From Candidatus Atabeyarchaeum deiterrae (GTDB lineage: Archaea > Asgardarchaeota > Atabeyarchaeia > Atabeyarchaeales > Atabeyarchaeaceae): 64,000 bases of DNA. Location of the stretch: positions 2,432,001-2,496,000 of the forward strand of contig CP147780.1 of assembly GCA_037310415.1 (NCBI GenBank). Reading direction: 5' to 3'. A program made the position numbers and the translations under genes. Shown here piece after piece: positions 27,623-37,932 of this stretch. The notes below the pieces were generated by a model. The model was not told the DNA's origin, did no database searches, and was given only the letters and a program-made list of their open reading frames with translations. The first letter of the stretch is position 1, and each line of letters starts with the position of its first letter.

Positions 27623-28978
27623 ATGAAGGTCGCTATCCTCGGTGGCGGTTTGACGGGGCTCACCATTGGATATCTCTTAAACCAGAGGGGAACTGATATT
27701 GAGATTCTTGAGAAGGAAGAGGAATGCGGGGGGCTAATGAGGAGTCTGGTCGAGAATGGTTTCACCTTCGATTATGGCGGCGCACATATCCTCTTTTCCA
27801 AAGACAAAGAAGCGTTGAACTTCATACTCGATCTCCTCGCTGAGAACAAGGTGGCAAACAAAAGGAACACAAAGATCCTATACAAGGAACGCTACGTGAA
27901 GTACCCCTTTGAAAATGGTTTAGCCGATCTACCAATAGAAGAGAATTTCGAGTGCCTATATGATTTCATTCAGAATCTGATCAGAAAAGAGAAAGGGGAA
28001 TCAAGGAAACCCAGAAATCTCAGAGAGTGGTTCTACTACACTTTCGGAAAAGGTATGACCGAGAAATACATGATCCCATACAATGAGAAGATCTGGAAGC
28101 ATCCCACGGAGGATATTTCGCTCGAATGGGTTGAGAGAATCCCGAATCCACCAGTAGAAGACATAGTGAAGTCATCGTTAGGCATTCAGACAGAAGGTTA
28201 CACCCACCAGCTAGACTTTTTCTATCCTATTGTTGGCGGAATACAGTCGGTCATCAGGGCCATCGAAGAGAAGTTGAAAGGACACATTGTCAAGAGATTC
28301 CAAGTGAAAAGCATTCGAAAAAAAGGAAACAAATGGATTGTATCAAGTGGCGATAGTGAAAAAGAATTTGACAAAGTGATCTCGACGATTCCGATACACG
28401 ACATTATTGGGGTCTTCAAGAATGGAGGAATCAGCGTTCCCGCGACAGTACAACGTGCAGTTAGACAGCTGAAGTATAATTCACTTATTACTGTCATGCT
28501 GGGAGTGCAAAACCGTAAGCTCAATGAGCTCCATTGGTTGTACATACCAGAGAAGAACGCACTAGCGCATAGAGTGAGTTTTCCATCCAACTTTTCTCCC
28601 AAAGCCGCTTCCAGCGGCAAATCATCCGTGATGGCTGACATAACATGCAACTATGGTGACAGAGTCTGGTCGATGAAGGACGAAGACCTCATCACCGAAA
28701 CAATCGACAACCTGAAAGAACTTAGGATTATTGACAAACAAGATTCAGTTTGCTTGTCTAAGGTTCGGAGATTCAAATACGCGTATGTCATAAGCGACTT
28801 AAATTTCGAGAAGAACATAGTGACGACCACAAAGTACGTTAGGAGAGTTGGGATAGATCTGGTCGGTCGGTTTGCAGAATTCAGATACTTCAATATGGAT
28901 GCGTGTGTCAGAAGAGCAATGGAATACACCTCATCCTTGAGACTACAGAGAGGAATGCAAAGTAAAGGTTTATCTTAG
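27623..28978 (+). CDS. FAD-dependent oxidoreductase, UDP-galactopyranose mutase (eukaryote-type) / HemY-like
   Basis: GGGLTG Rossmann fold, FDYGGAHILFS, KYPFEN, PYNEKIW, W.ERIP, FYP..GG and GRFAEFRY.NMD motifs. Confidence 0.8.
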   Translation: MKVAILGGGLTGLTIGYLLNQRGTDIEILEKEEECGGLMRSLVENGFTFDYGGAHILFSKDKEALNFILDLLAENKVANKRNTKILYKERYVKYPFENGLADLPIEENFECLYDFIQNLIRKEKGESRKPRNLREWFYYTFGKGMTEKYMIPYNEKIWKHPTEDISLEWVERIPNPPVEDIVKSSLGIQTEGYTHQLDFFYPIVGGIQSVIRAIEEKLKGHIVKRFQVKSIRKKGNKWIVSSGDSEKEFDKVISTIPIHDIIGVFKNGGISVPATVQRAVRQLKYNSLITVMLGVQNRKLNELHWLYIPEKNALAHRVSFPSNFSPKAASSGKSSVMADITCNYGDRVWSMKDEDLITETIDNLKELRIIDKQDSVCLSKVRRFKYAYVISDLNFEKNIVTTTKYVRRVGIDLVGRFAEFRYFNMDACVRRAMEYTSSLRLQRGMQSKGLS

Positions 28979-29060
28979 TAGTCAAGGAAAGTTGTAGCAT
29001 GAAAGATAGACCCCATAGAGGATGTATTCTACTCGGAGCTAATAGGAGGCGAGTAGCCAG

Positions 29061-29468
29061 ATGGCTAAGATGCCGCCACAGGTAATGGAGAAGTTCAACG
29101 ACCTTAGTGCTTTCAAATTCATGGCTACAGTTGATGAGAATGGGAACCCAAACGTTGTACCGATAACTTCCATCATCGCTGTTGACGCTGAAACCCTAAT
29201 GTTTGCCGACATCATGATGTGGAAGACCAAGAGGAATCTGCTCAAGAACGGTAAGGTCGCATGCGCCGTAATAACAAAGGAAAATGTAGCGTACCAAGCC
29301 AAAGGAAGATTCCAAGGGTTTCAGAAGGGTGGACCACTCTTCGACTTTGTAGCAAGTGTTCCGCTTCTTAGGTATAATGCATATTGGGGTCCCAAGGCAG
29401 TAGGCATAATAAAAGTTGATGAAGTCTACTCCGCTTGCCCACCGCTTCCTGGCAAGAAGATAGCGTGA
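29061..29468 (+). CDS. Pyridoxamine 5'-phosphate oxidase-like FMN-binding protein
   Basis: MATVDENGNPNVVP...KTKRNL..N split-barrel motif; SD ggagg. Confidence 0.88.
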   Translation: MAKMPPQVMEKFNDLSAFKFMATVDENGNPNVVPITSIIAVDAETLMFADIMMWKTKRNLLKNGKVACAVITKENVAYQAKGRFQGFQKGGPLFDFVASVPLLRYNAYWGPKAVGIIKVDEVYSACPPLPGKKIA

Positions 29469-29510
29469 ATTTAGGCCAGTGAAATGAACAGAAGGGTAAG
29501 TGTCTGAGAG

Positions 29511-30728
29511 GTGAGAAATACGAAAGTCACTCTCCTAGGTGGAGGTGGAGCAATAGGCAGCTCGGCGGCAAAAGCTCTGGTCACTTCACGTGTTTTTGAT
29601 GAGGTCTTGCTGGCCGATGTTGAGATAGAGAAGATCAGGAAACTTGCCAAAGTGCTTGGAGAGAATACTTCGGCGGCGAAAGTTGACATTCACAGACCAG
29701 AGACGATAAAGGATGTCACAAAGAACTCAGATGTGGTTCTGAATTGCACAGGTCCCTTCTATGAGTGTGGTCCAAAAGTCCTTGAAGCAGTAATAGAGGC
29801 AGGAAAGAACTACGTCGACGTATGCGATGACTATGATGCGACTGTGAAAATGCTTGGCTACGACAAGAAAGCAAAAGACGCGGAGATCTCAGCTTTGATA
29901 GGTATGGGAAGCTCGCCTGGCGCTTCCAACCTGTTCGCCAAGTTCTGCACCAGCTACCTTCAAGTGGAATCCGTCGACATCTACCATGCGCATGGAGGGG
30001 AGCCCTATGAAGGTCCTGGAGTCATAAAACACAGGCTACATGGAATGCAAATGGACATACCTGTCTTTGACGAAGAACTCAAGACGGTTCAGTTCTTCGG
30101 GGAAGACGGAAAGGCTTTGATACAAGAAATAGAGTTTTCTGGGCTTGGGAAATACCCAGTTTATCCATATCCGCATCCAGAGACGATAACATTACCCAAG
30201 TATCTCAAAGGGGTAAAGTGGGTCATGAACCGTGGAGTCGTGCTTCCTGTCGAATATATGGAATTGATCATGGATATGGTGAGATTAGGAATAGTAAGCG
30301 AAGAACCTCTCGACGTCGGCAGTAAGAAAATCATCCCACTAGATTTCGCGGTCGCATACATCATAAAGAAGAGAGAGGAATTGAATAAGAAGACTGGTTT
30401 CACTAAGCCGATGGGCGGAGTCAAGGTGGTCGTTAAAGGAAAAGAGAAAGGCAAAAATGTTCAATATGTGGTGAACGCTGCCTCCACCGGTGGAATGATG
30501 GAAGGAACCGGAACACCAGCCGCGATAGGTGCAATACTAATGTCAAGTATCAAAGGGAAGACTCCAAAGATCAAGATGAAAGGAGTGTTTCCGCCTGAAG
30601 CTGCGGTTGATCCAGTTGACGCATTTGAATGGGCTGGTAAGTTCAAGGAAAAAGGCGGAGGCATTGGAATCAAGGTTGAAAGAATAGATGAAGAAGGAAA
30701 AGTCAAACCAGTAGCACTTCCGATATGA
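29511..30728 (+). CDS. Saccharopine dehydrogenase-family oxidoreductase
   Basis: GGGGAIG, NCTGPFY, YVDVCDD, GMGSSPG, HPETITLP and GVFPPE motifs. Confidence 0.92.
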   Translation: MRNTKVTLLGGGGAIGSSAAKALVTSRVFDEVLLADVEIEKIRKLAKVLGENTSAAKVDIHRPETIKDVTKNSDVVLNCTGPFYECGPKVLEAVIEAGKNYVDVCDDYDATVKMLGYDKKAKDAEISALIGMGSSPGASNLFAKFCTSYLQVESVDIYHAHGGEPYEGPGVIKHRLHGMQMDIPVFDEELKTVQFFGEDGKALIQEIEFSGLGKYPVYPYPHPETITLPKYLKGVKWVMNRGVVLPVEYMELIMDMVRLGIVSEEPLDVGSKKIIPLDFAVAYIIKKREELNKKTGFTKPMGGVKVVVKGKEKGKNVQYVVNAASTGGMMEGTGTPAAIGAILMSSIKGKTPKIKMKGVFPPEAAVDPVDAFEWAGKFKEKGGGIGIKVERIDEEGKVKPVALPI

Positions 30729-30822
30729 ACTGGGAGTTCTTATAGATTCAGATTGCTGATACCATGCTCCATCCTTTTTTCGATTTGTTCTTCTGGAAGC
30801 AATCCAAGAAGCTGGTGATTCA

Positions 30823-32391
30823 GTGCCCGACAAACTGTTTCTCGCATATGATGTCGGTACGACAAATCAGAAGACAGCCCTTGTGGACGAGAAGTTCAAT
30901 ATCCTTGGAATGTCGTCGGGCAAGTACCCAGTCCACATCCCAAAGAAAAACTATGCTGAGCAGGACCCCCTGGACTGGTGGCACATGATCACAAAAACAA
31001 CAAACCAGCTAAGACGAGAAAGGAACCTGCACTTCAATGACATCGCGGCAATAGTCTTCTCAGGGCAAGCGCTGAGCACCGTCCTAATAGACAAAAACGG
31101 CGAGCCCCTAATGAACTCAATGATCTGGATGGACGCAAGAGCCGCCAAACAAGCCAAAGAATTGATTGGAAGTGGACTGATAAAAATCAGCGGGTACAAT
31201 TTGTTCACCTTGCTGAAATTCTTGCGGATTACAAAAGGAGGCCCAGGGCTTGCTGGCAAAGATGTCATACCAAGAATTCTCTGGCTTAAAGAAAACATGC
31301 CAGACATCTACAAGGAATGTTACAAGATCCTTGATTGCAACAGTTACATGATCTACAAGACAACGGGAGAGGCCGTCATGAGTAGATTTGACGCTAACCT
31401 CTCTTGGATGATGGACACGCGTCGGGATGCTATGAACTGGTCAGAGTCTATCCTCGACAAGTACGGAATAGACAAGAGAAAACTCCCTGAGATCAAGCCA
31501 TCGACCAGCATCGCTGGAACACTACGCAGAGAGGCGGCGCATGAACTCAATCTTCCCGAAGGAATTCCAGTCATTGTTGGCGCCGGAGACATTCCATGCG
31601 CTGCAGTCGGTTCGTCCGCGGTGAAGGAAAGGGAGTTCTTTGTCTACATCGGAACTAGCGACTTCATGGGGGCGCATATACGTGAACGGGACGTGGATAT
31701 CTCTCACTACATGGGAAGTCTCTGCAGCGCGATTCCTGACATGTATCTGTATACAGGCGAGCAAGAAAGTGCAGGGTCATGTTTAGACTGGGTTAAGAAT
31801 GAATTTTTCAGGGATGCTGAGAAGGATATGGGCGGTGAAGCATACATAGTCATGGACGACGGGGCAAGTAGAATTGCCGCTGGCTCCGAAGGTCTGATGT
31901 TCGCACCCTGGATGGGTGGAGAGAAAACACCCGTAGATGATCCTTGCATAAGGGGAGGATTCCACAATCTTAGCCTAGAGCACACTAGGGATCATGTAAC
32001 TAGAGCGGTCTTGGAAGGAGTTGCACTCAATATCCGCTGGGCATTCAGATGCATGGAGAAGAAAATAGGAGAGGCCGATTATGTCAACTTCAGCGGCGGT
32101 GGCGCCAAAAGCAGAGTATGGTGCCAGATAGCAGCAGATGTTCTCAACCGAGAAGTGAGGCAAGTTGAGAATCCAGCTGCGGCGGGTGTAAGGGGAGCGG
32201 CGATGATAGCTGCCGTGGGCTTGGGGGTCTACAAGAACTTTTCTGCAGCGGCAAGAAGACTGAGGATCTCCGGAGTCTTCGAGCCTAATGCGAGATACGC
32301 CAGGCTGTATGACAGGCTCTTCCTCGAATTCCAGAAGCTCTATAAGAGTACTAAAGGTGTCTGCAAGGATCTCAATGCTAGAAGTACTTAA
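30823..32391 (+). CDS. FGGY-family carbohydrate kinase (xylulokinase-like)
   Basis: YDVGTT, EQDP.DWW, WMDARA, GAGD, YIGTS, GEKTP and GGGAKS motifs. Confidence 0.93.
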   Translation: MPDKLFLAYDVGTTNQKTALVDEKFNILGMSSGKYPVHIPKKNYAEQDPLDWWHMITKTTNQLRRERNLHFNDIAAIVFSGQALSTVLIDKNGEPLMNSMIWMDARAAKQAKELIGSGLIKISGYNLFTLLKFLRITKGGPGLAGKDVIPRILWLKENMPDIYKECYKILDCNSYMIYKTTGEAVMSRFDANLSWMMDTRRDAMNWSESILDKYGIDKRKLPEIKPSTSIAGTLRREAAHELNLPEGIPVIVGAGDIPCAAVGSSAVKEREFFVYIGTSDFMGAHIRERDVDISHYMGSLCSAIPDMYLYTGEQESAGSCLDWVKNEFFRDAEKDMGGEAYIVMDDGASRIAAGSEGLMFAPWMGGEKTPVDDPCIRGGFHNLSLEHTRDHVTRAVLEGVALNIRWAFRCMEKKIGEADYVNFSGGGAKSRVWCQIAADVLNREVRQVENPAAAGVRGAAMIAAVGLGVYKNFSAAARRLRISGVFEPNARYARLYDRLFLEFQKLYKSTKGVCKDLNARST

Positions 32392-32524
32392 TGGCGGAGA
32401 ATTGCAGATTATCTGCTCGACCATATTCAGGAAGTTCAAGTCCACACTAAATCAGAAAAGTGATTGTCGGTAGGCTTATCTACCACGTTTCTGAATAGCT
32501 GCACCTAGTGCATCATGTACTGCC

Positions 32525-33238
32525 GTGGATGATGAATTGACTTTGACTAGGGCTATCGTCTTCGACTTCGACGGAACACTGTTTCATTTCCTCATCGATT
32601 ACATGGGTATGAGGAACGCCGTAAGGAGAGAAGTCATCGCGTCAGGTGTTCCCGCTTCAAAGTTCTACGAGGATGAGAGAATAAGAGACGTTGTGAACAA
32701 GATGCTTGACTATTCAAAATCTGAAGGCTGGTCCGATTCCAAGGTTAGTTCGCTCATGAAGAAAGTGGACTCCATCATGGATGAATATGAATGGGCGTCT
32801 GCTCAAGGCAATACCCCCTTGGATGGGGCAGAGGAGGTCTTGCGCAGATTGAGAGGAGAGAGATACAAAACTGGACTTCTTACAAACAACAGCAGGAGAA
32901 GCATCGAGTTTCTGCTTGAGAAGTATAGTTTTTCGCTTTTTTTTGATGTGATTGTTACTCGCGATGAACTAGTAGACGTAAACAATTTGAAGCCTAGTCC
33001 AGTGGGACTCAGACGTATTCTTGGCGAGCTTGAGGTGGAGCCGAACGAGGCGATGTACGTCGGAGATAGCGTGGTGGATGTAAAGGCAGCGTTGAGCGTT
33101 GGCGTAACGCCCATCTTCGTGACCACAGGATATTCTACGGAGAAAGAAGTCAGGGAAGTCTATCCGGACGTCCTCATCATTAACGATCTGAGGCAACTTC
33201 TGACCTTCCTTAATCAGAAGGATACTTCGGCTACATAG
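32525..33238 (+). CDS. HAD-superfamily hydrolase (phosphoglycolate phosphatase-like)
   Basis: FDFDGTL, LTNN, KPSP and YVGDS..D motifs. Confidence 0.92.
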   Translation: MDDELTLTRAIVFDFDGTLFHFLIDYMGMRNAVRREVIASGVPASKFYEDERIRDVVNKMLDYSKSEGWSDSKVSSLMKKVDSIMDEYEWASAQGNTPLDGAEEVLRRLRGERYKTGLLTNNSRRSIEFLLEKYSFSLFFDVIVTRDELVDVNNLKPSPVGLRRILGELEVEPNEAMYVGDSVVDVKAALSVGVTPIFVTTGYSTEKEVREVYPDVLIINDLRQLLTFLNQKDTSAT

Positions 33239-33277
33239 CGAAACTGTCAACCTAGAAGGATGGAGTAGAATGATGCT

Positions 33278-34138
33278 TCAACTAACCTGCATGAATCTCC
33301 AGAACTGCATGGGGGCGCGATTGAAGACAACTGAAGTATCATGCTGAAGAACGTACGAATGTTGAAAAGCGGTCGTCTTGATTTTGAAGTTTTCGGCGTA
33401 TGCCTTGCCCAACCTATACTTAATGGCGATAAGAGACATTCCCATGTAGAGGCCATCTTTCAGGATGTTAACATGTGTTTTTAGACCCGATCTCTTTTCA
33501 GTAAACTTCACTGGAACCTCAGTTACTTTGTATCCAAGTCGTCTAGCCAGTGAGATGACTTCAGTGTCCCATGCAAAACCTTTCTCCTGAACATATTGGA
33601 TTAGTATATTGGCAACATGGCGACTAATAACTTTCAGCCCGCACTGGTGGTCACGAATGTCATCTCCGAATAGAAAGCGCACGAGTCCGTTATAGAGTTT
33701 AGTTGCAACTCTGCGCACAATCGGTCGAGAGTCCGCGACACCACTTAGCACTCTCGAACCCAGAGCTATTCCGTCAGTCTCTCTAGCTGTCCTAATCAGG
33801 CTCGGAAGAGTATCCAGACCGCTGTCAATATCCGCATCGAGAGTCACTATCAGATCTCCACGTGAAATCCCGATTGCGTTCTTCAGGGCAGCTCCTTTCC
33901 CCAGCTTCATTACAGAGCAGGAACAACGAACATTAGGATTAGCTGATGCAATCCTGTTGACAATTTCTCTGGTGCTATCAGTGCTACCATCTTCAGCTAC
34001 GATTATTTCATAAGAATACGCGAAGGACTTGAGGCGCCCCTCGACCTTGTCTATACAACGTCTAGCGTTCTCTGATTCATTACGCATCGGTATTACTACC
34101 GAGAGTTCAACACGGCCAGATGTAGGGGCGACAACCAT
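33278..34138 (-). CDS. GT2 glycosyltransferase (dolichyl-phosphate glycosyltransferase-like)
   Basis: SVVIPMRNE, EDGSTD, GKGAAL, DAD, GSR and DHQCGLK motifs. Start ATG 34138 preferred. Confidence 0.9.
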   Translation of the reverse strand: MVVAPTSGRVELSVVIPMRNESENARRCIDKVEGRLKSFAYSYEIIVAEDGSTDSTREIVNRIASANPNVRCSCSVMKLGKGAALKNAIGISRGDLIVTLDADIDSGLDTLPSLIRTARETDGIALGSRVLSGVADSRPIVRRVATKLYNGLVRFLFGDDIRDHQCGLKVISRHVANILIQYVQEKGFAWDTEVISLARRLGYKVTEVPVKFTEKRSGLKTHVNILKDGLYMGMSLIAIKYRLGKAYAENFKIKTTAFQHSYVLQHDTSVVFNRAPMQFWRFMQVS

Positions 34139-34513
34139 TTTTCCTACACCAACAAAACTAGATAGGCTCAGACAATAGACATGTGTCAATTAATGTGAGT
34201 GATCGCCTATATTATTATCGGCTAAAAAAGAAAACTCAAGACACTGACGAGATAGTAACAACGGCTGCCAAGACTAGCCTAACACGTTCTTTCCTTAAAC
34301 AATACTTTGAAAGACAAGAGGAAAACGAGGTTGCTCCTTGACATTATGCGAAATAAGATAACGCCGTGAATATGGTATTCTGCAGCAACCAAATGGAGGC
34401 TGAAAAAGGAATCTTCGATAAATAGGTTCAACTGAGTCAACTGGAGACAGAGCAAGTAATTATATATACGGGGTTAAAGATGTGAGCCAGTGTTTTGACT
34501 AGACTCCAAGCGC

Positions 34514-35677
34514 TTGACCGTGATACTTCCGAAGCGAAATGATAGTTATTGGGAGAGAAGGAGATTGCGTGTACTATGGTTCAACTGGCGATCTTGGGTT
34601 CATCCATTAGCTGGAGGCGCCGAGGTACAAATCAGGGAAATCGCTAGGCGGTGGGTTAAGTGGGGTCATGATGTTACAGTTTTCTCCGGAGGATACAAGG
34701 GTGGAAGAGAACACGAAGTACTCGAAGGCGTTGAGACTATAAGAAAAGGCAGCCAATTCACAGTTTATATGTACGCAGCCTGGAACTATATGCGACACTT
34801 GAAAAAGAGTGACTATGATGTGATTGTTGACGACATCAATGGCATTCCCTTCTTTACTCCGCTCTACGTTAGAAGTCCCAAGATGGCAATAGTACATCAC
34901 TTGGTCAAAGACATTTTCTTTAGAGAACTATCTTGGGGGAAAGCGCTGATAGGCTACATGTCTGAAAAAATGATTCCATTTGTCTATCGCAAAACACCGA
35001 TTGCTGTAGACTCGGAGAGTACCAAGAGCGATCTTCTAGCCATCGGAATGCATGAAGGGAAGATACGCGTTATGCACAACGGAGTTGATCAAGAAGTCTA
35101 CAGGCCCAAGCCGAGCGCCAAGAGCCCTCACCCCAACGTGATCTGCCTGGGGAGAGTCATGAAATACAAGAACCTGGATCATTTGTTACTGTCATTCAAG
35201 AGCATATTGGATCAATCGAAAGGAAAGGATTTGAAGGGCATCAGACTGACGATAGCTGGAAAGGGTTCTTACAAAGAACTAGAGAAATTGGCTGAGAGAC
35301 TCAAGATTTCGTCTAACGTAGACTTACTGGGAGAAGTAACTGAAAAAAAGAAAGTGAAGCTGCTGCAAAACGCCTGGGTCTATGTGACGACATCAATGCG
35401 GGAAGGATGGGGTCTGACCGCAGTGGAAGCGATGGCTTGCGGAACGCCTGTTGTATGTTATGATGTCGAAGGACTAAGGAATGCCGTGAAGCATATGAAG
35501 ACTGGTATCCTTGTCCCCGCAGGAGACATCGACGCACTAAGCAAAGCAATAGTACGTTTGCTCAAGGACGACCAGCTCCGTGCAAAACTCGCCAAGAACG
35601 CATCAGAGTGGTCGACAAAACAGAGTTGGGACATAACTGCTCGGGAACTCATGGACATAGCAAGATGCGCTTGCTAG
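34514..35677 (+). CDS. GT4 glycosyltransferase
   Basis: NWR..HP.AGGAE and EGWGLTAVEAMACGTPV motifs. Confidence 0.93.
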   Translation: MTVILPKRNDSYWERRRLRVLWFNWRSWVHPLAGGAEVQIREIARRWVKWGHDVTVFSGGYKGGREHEVLEGVETIRKGSQFTVYMYAAWNYMRHLKKSDYDVIVDDINGIPFFTPLYVRSPKMAIVHHLVKDIFFRELSWGKALIGYMSEKMIPFVYRKTPIAVDSESTKSDLLAIGMHEGKIRVMHNGVDQEVYRPKPSAKSPHPNVICLGRVMKYKNLDHLLLSFKSILDQSKGKDLKGIRLTIAGKGSYKELEKLAERLKISSNVDLLGEVTEKKKVKLLQNAWVYVTTSMREGWGLTAVEAMACGTPVVCYDVEGLRNAVKHMKTGILVPAGDIDALSKAIVRLLKDDQLRAKLAKNASEWSTKQSWDITARELMDIARCAC

Positions 35678-35715
35678 ACGAAATGCTTTGCACTCTTCGT
35701 TGGAGTTGACTTGAG

Positions 35716-36756
35716 TTGAGCGACAAGAAAAGAGCCACGCCGACGGTGTCCATAATCATAGTCAATTTCAACGGTCTAAAACATCTGAACAAGTGTCTCT
35801 CTTCAGTCTTGAAAACTGAATATTCCAATTTTGAAATAGTACTCGTCGACAACGGTTCATCGGACGGGAGCGTAGACTACGTCAAGAAGAACTTTGCCGT
35901 CGAACGATTGAAGCTCATTGAGCTACCGCAAAATAGGGGTTTCGCTGAGGGTAACAATTCTGGAGTCAAGAAGGCCAGGGGAAAGTACATCGTGTTACTC
36001 AACAATGATACTGAGGTCGATTCGGAATGGCTAACCCCTCTCGTCAACACCATGGAGTCCGATGCTGGCATAGGCGCTGCGCAACCCAAAATACTTCTAA
36101 TGAATCGACGAAATAGATTTGATTCAGCTGGCAACTTCATAAACCTGATCGGCTCTTCGTACGCCCTGGGACTTCTGCAAGTTGACAAAGGACAGTTTGA
36201 TTCCACCAATGAGATCTTCTATGCAAAGGGCGCTGCAATGATAACGACAAAGACTCTTTGGGAAGAACTAGGTGGGTTGGATCCGATTCTGTTTCTTAGT
36301 TTCGAGGACACTGATTTCTGCTGGCGAATTTGGAGGCACGGCTACCGAGTGGTCTTCGTTCCTGCCTCGAGAATCTATCATGTAGGTTTTGCCTCAACTT
36401 CCAAGGTTCCCGAAATCAAGAGATTTCATGATACAAAGAATCGCCTCATGATTCTATTGAAGAATCTTGATGCAAAGCAGTTGGCTCTATACTCTCCCTT
36501 GATAATCTCTTCATTCATGGTGGAGTTTCTTCTATCTTGGCTCAGGCGCGATGGTGAAGCAAGGCCTATCCTCAAAGGAATGGGTTGGGTCGTTCTTCAT
36601 TTTAGGAAAGTCTGGTCTCGCCGAGTAATAGCTCGTTCACAATCAGAAATATCTAGCAACGACATAATGAAGAAGTTCCTAAAGGCGATGCCATTCCTCA
36701 AGAGAGTTGAAACGCGCACAATGTACAAAACCCTTAAACTTGGAGGAATAATCTGA
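35716..36756 (+). CDS. GT2 glycosyltransferase (WbbL-like)
   Basis: SIIIVNFN, VDNGSSDGS, NRGFAEGNN, LLNND and EDTDFCWR motifs. Confidence 0.93.
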   Translation: MSDKKRATPTVSIIIVNFNGLKHLNKCLSSVLKTEYSNFEIVLVDNGSSDGSVDYVKKNFAVERLKLIELPQNRGFAEGNNSGVKKARGKYIVLLNNDTEVDSEWLTPLVNTMESDAGIGAAQPKILLMNRRNRFDSAGNFINLIGSSYALGLLQVDKGQFDSTNEIFYAKGAAMITTKTLWEELGGLDPILFLSFEDTDFCWRIWRHGYRVVFVPASRIYHVGFASTSKVPEIKRFHDTKNRLMILLKNLDAKQLALYSPLIISSFMVEFLLSWLRRDGEARPILKGMGWVVLHFRKVWSRRVIARSQSEISSNDIMKKFLKAMPFLKRVETRTMYKTLKLGGII

Positions 36757-36786
36757 ATTAACAGAGCCATTCTCAGCAGGCTCTCA

Positions 36787-37932
36787 TTATCTCAGAGAGA
36801 GCTCTTTATAAACTTGGTAGCACTCCTTGGCACACTTGCTCCAAGTGAAATTCAAACTCCGCTTATAGCCCTTCTCAGAAATGCTGGCCCTGAGATCATT
36901 GTTCTTTGAAAGTTCGTACATCCAGTGGGCGAAACCCTCGACGTCGAAGGGATCCAACATTATCCCACTGTCACCAATTATCTCTGGAATAGAGGATCGA
37001 TTTCCCGCTAGAACTGGTAGACCTGAGGCCATTGCTTCAAGCGGCGGGAATCCAAACCCTTCGTGGTACGAGGGGAAGCACAGCATATCCGCTGCATTAT
37101 AGTAGTAAGCTACTTCCCACGCTGAGGGGTACTTATAGATCACCTTGCCGTCGAGTCCTAGCCCTCTAATCAGGCTGTCACTCTTCTCCGATCTCTGACC
37201 TATCCTCACTAGTATAGCGCCTGGAACATATTTCAATAGATTCTTAAAAGCATTAAGTAGGGTTACGATATTCTTTCTGGATTCTTCTGTGCCCACGTTT
37301 AGAACTGTCACCCTGTCAACTGGCAGATTGAGACCAAGTCGCGTTCTCCGTTTATCCCGACGTCTGAACAAGTTATGGTCGACACCAAGGTACACGACTC
37401 TGGTCTTCTTTGGTTCTACGTCCATCATCCGGATTACGTCCTTTCTTGTGCTCTCTGAGTCACATAGAACCCTGTCCGCGTGAACTATGTCTCTCGTGCT
37501 TAGTTTCAAGAAGAAGTCTATGAACGAGGATCTAATCCAAGGCATGAATGGAATTAGGTCATGAACTGTGACAACAGAAGGCTTGAACCGTCTTGCGATG
37601 GGACTTAGACTCGCATTAGTCAAGTGGTAAACCTGATAGCCTGCTGGAACTCTGTAGGACCCCAAAGTCTTCCATGATACGTTCATCACTTGCCCAATTC
37701 TGTGCAAGAGCGGGTGTCCACTCGCCTTGCTCAGCAACGAGTTGAGAGTGCCACTGTCTAGTGATAATACTTCCACATCTTGACCACCGATCTTTTTCGA
37801 CTCGGTAGCCAAAGAAAAAGCGTATCTTCCTATTCCAGAAGTAGAAGGCATATCCTCAATCAACAAAACACGCATCTGGATCACTCGGTCAACTGCAGTT
37901 CTGTTCAGGAGCAACCTCTGAGCACTACTCAT
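36787..37932 (-). CDS. GT4 glycosyltransferase
   Basis: GIGRY, TVHDL, RKN and EGFGFPPLEAMASG motifs. Confidence 0.93.
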   Translation of the reverse strand: MSSAQRLLLNRTAVDRVIQMRVLLIEDMPSTSGIGRYAFSLATESKKIGGQDVEVLSLDSGTLNSLLSKASGHPLLHRIGQVMNVSWKTLGSYRVPAGYQVYHLTNASLSPIARRFKPSVVTVHDLIPFMPWIRSSFIDFFLKLSTRDIVHADRVLCDSESTRKDVIRMMDVEPKKTRVVYLGVDHNLFRRRDKRRTRLGLNLPVDRVTVLNVGTEESRKNIVTLLNAFKNLLKYVPGAILVRIGQRSEKSDSLIRGLGLDGKVIYKYPSAWEVAYYYNAADMLCFPSYHEGFGFPPLEAMASGLPVLAGNRSSIPEIIGDSGIMLDPFDVEGFAHWMYELSKNNDLRASISEKGYKRSLNFTWSKCAKECYQVYKELSLR

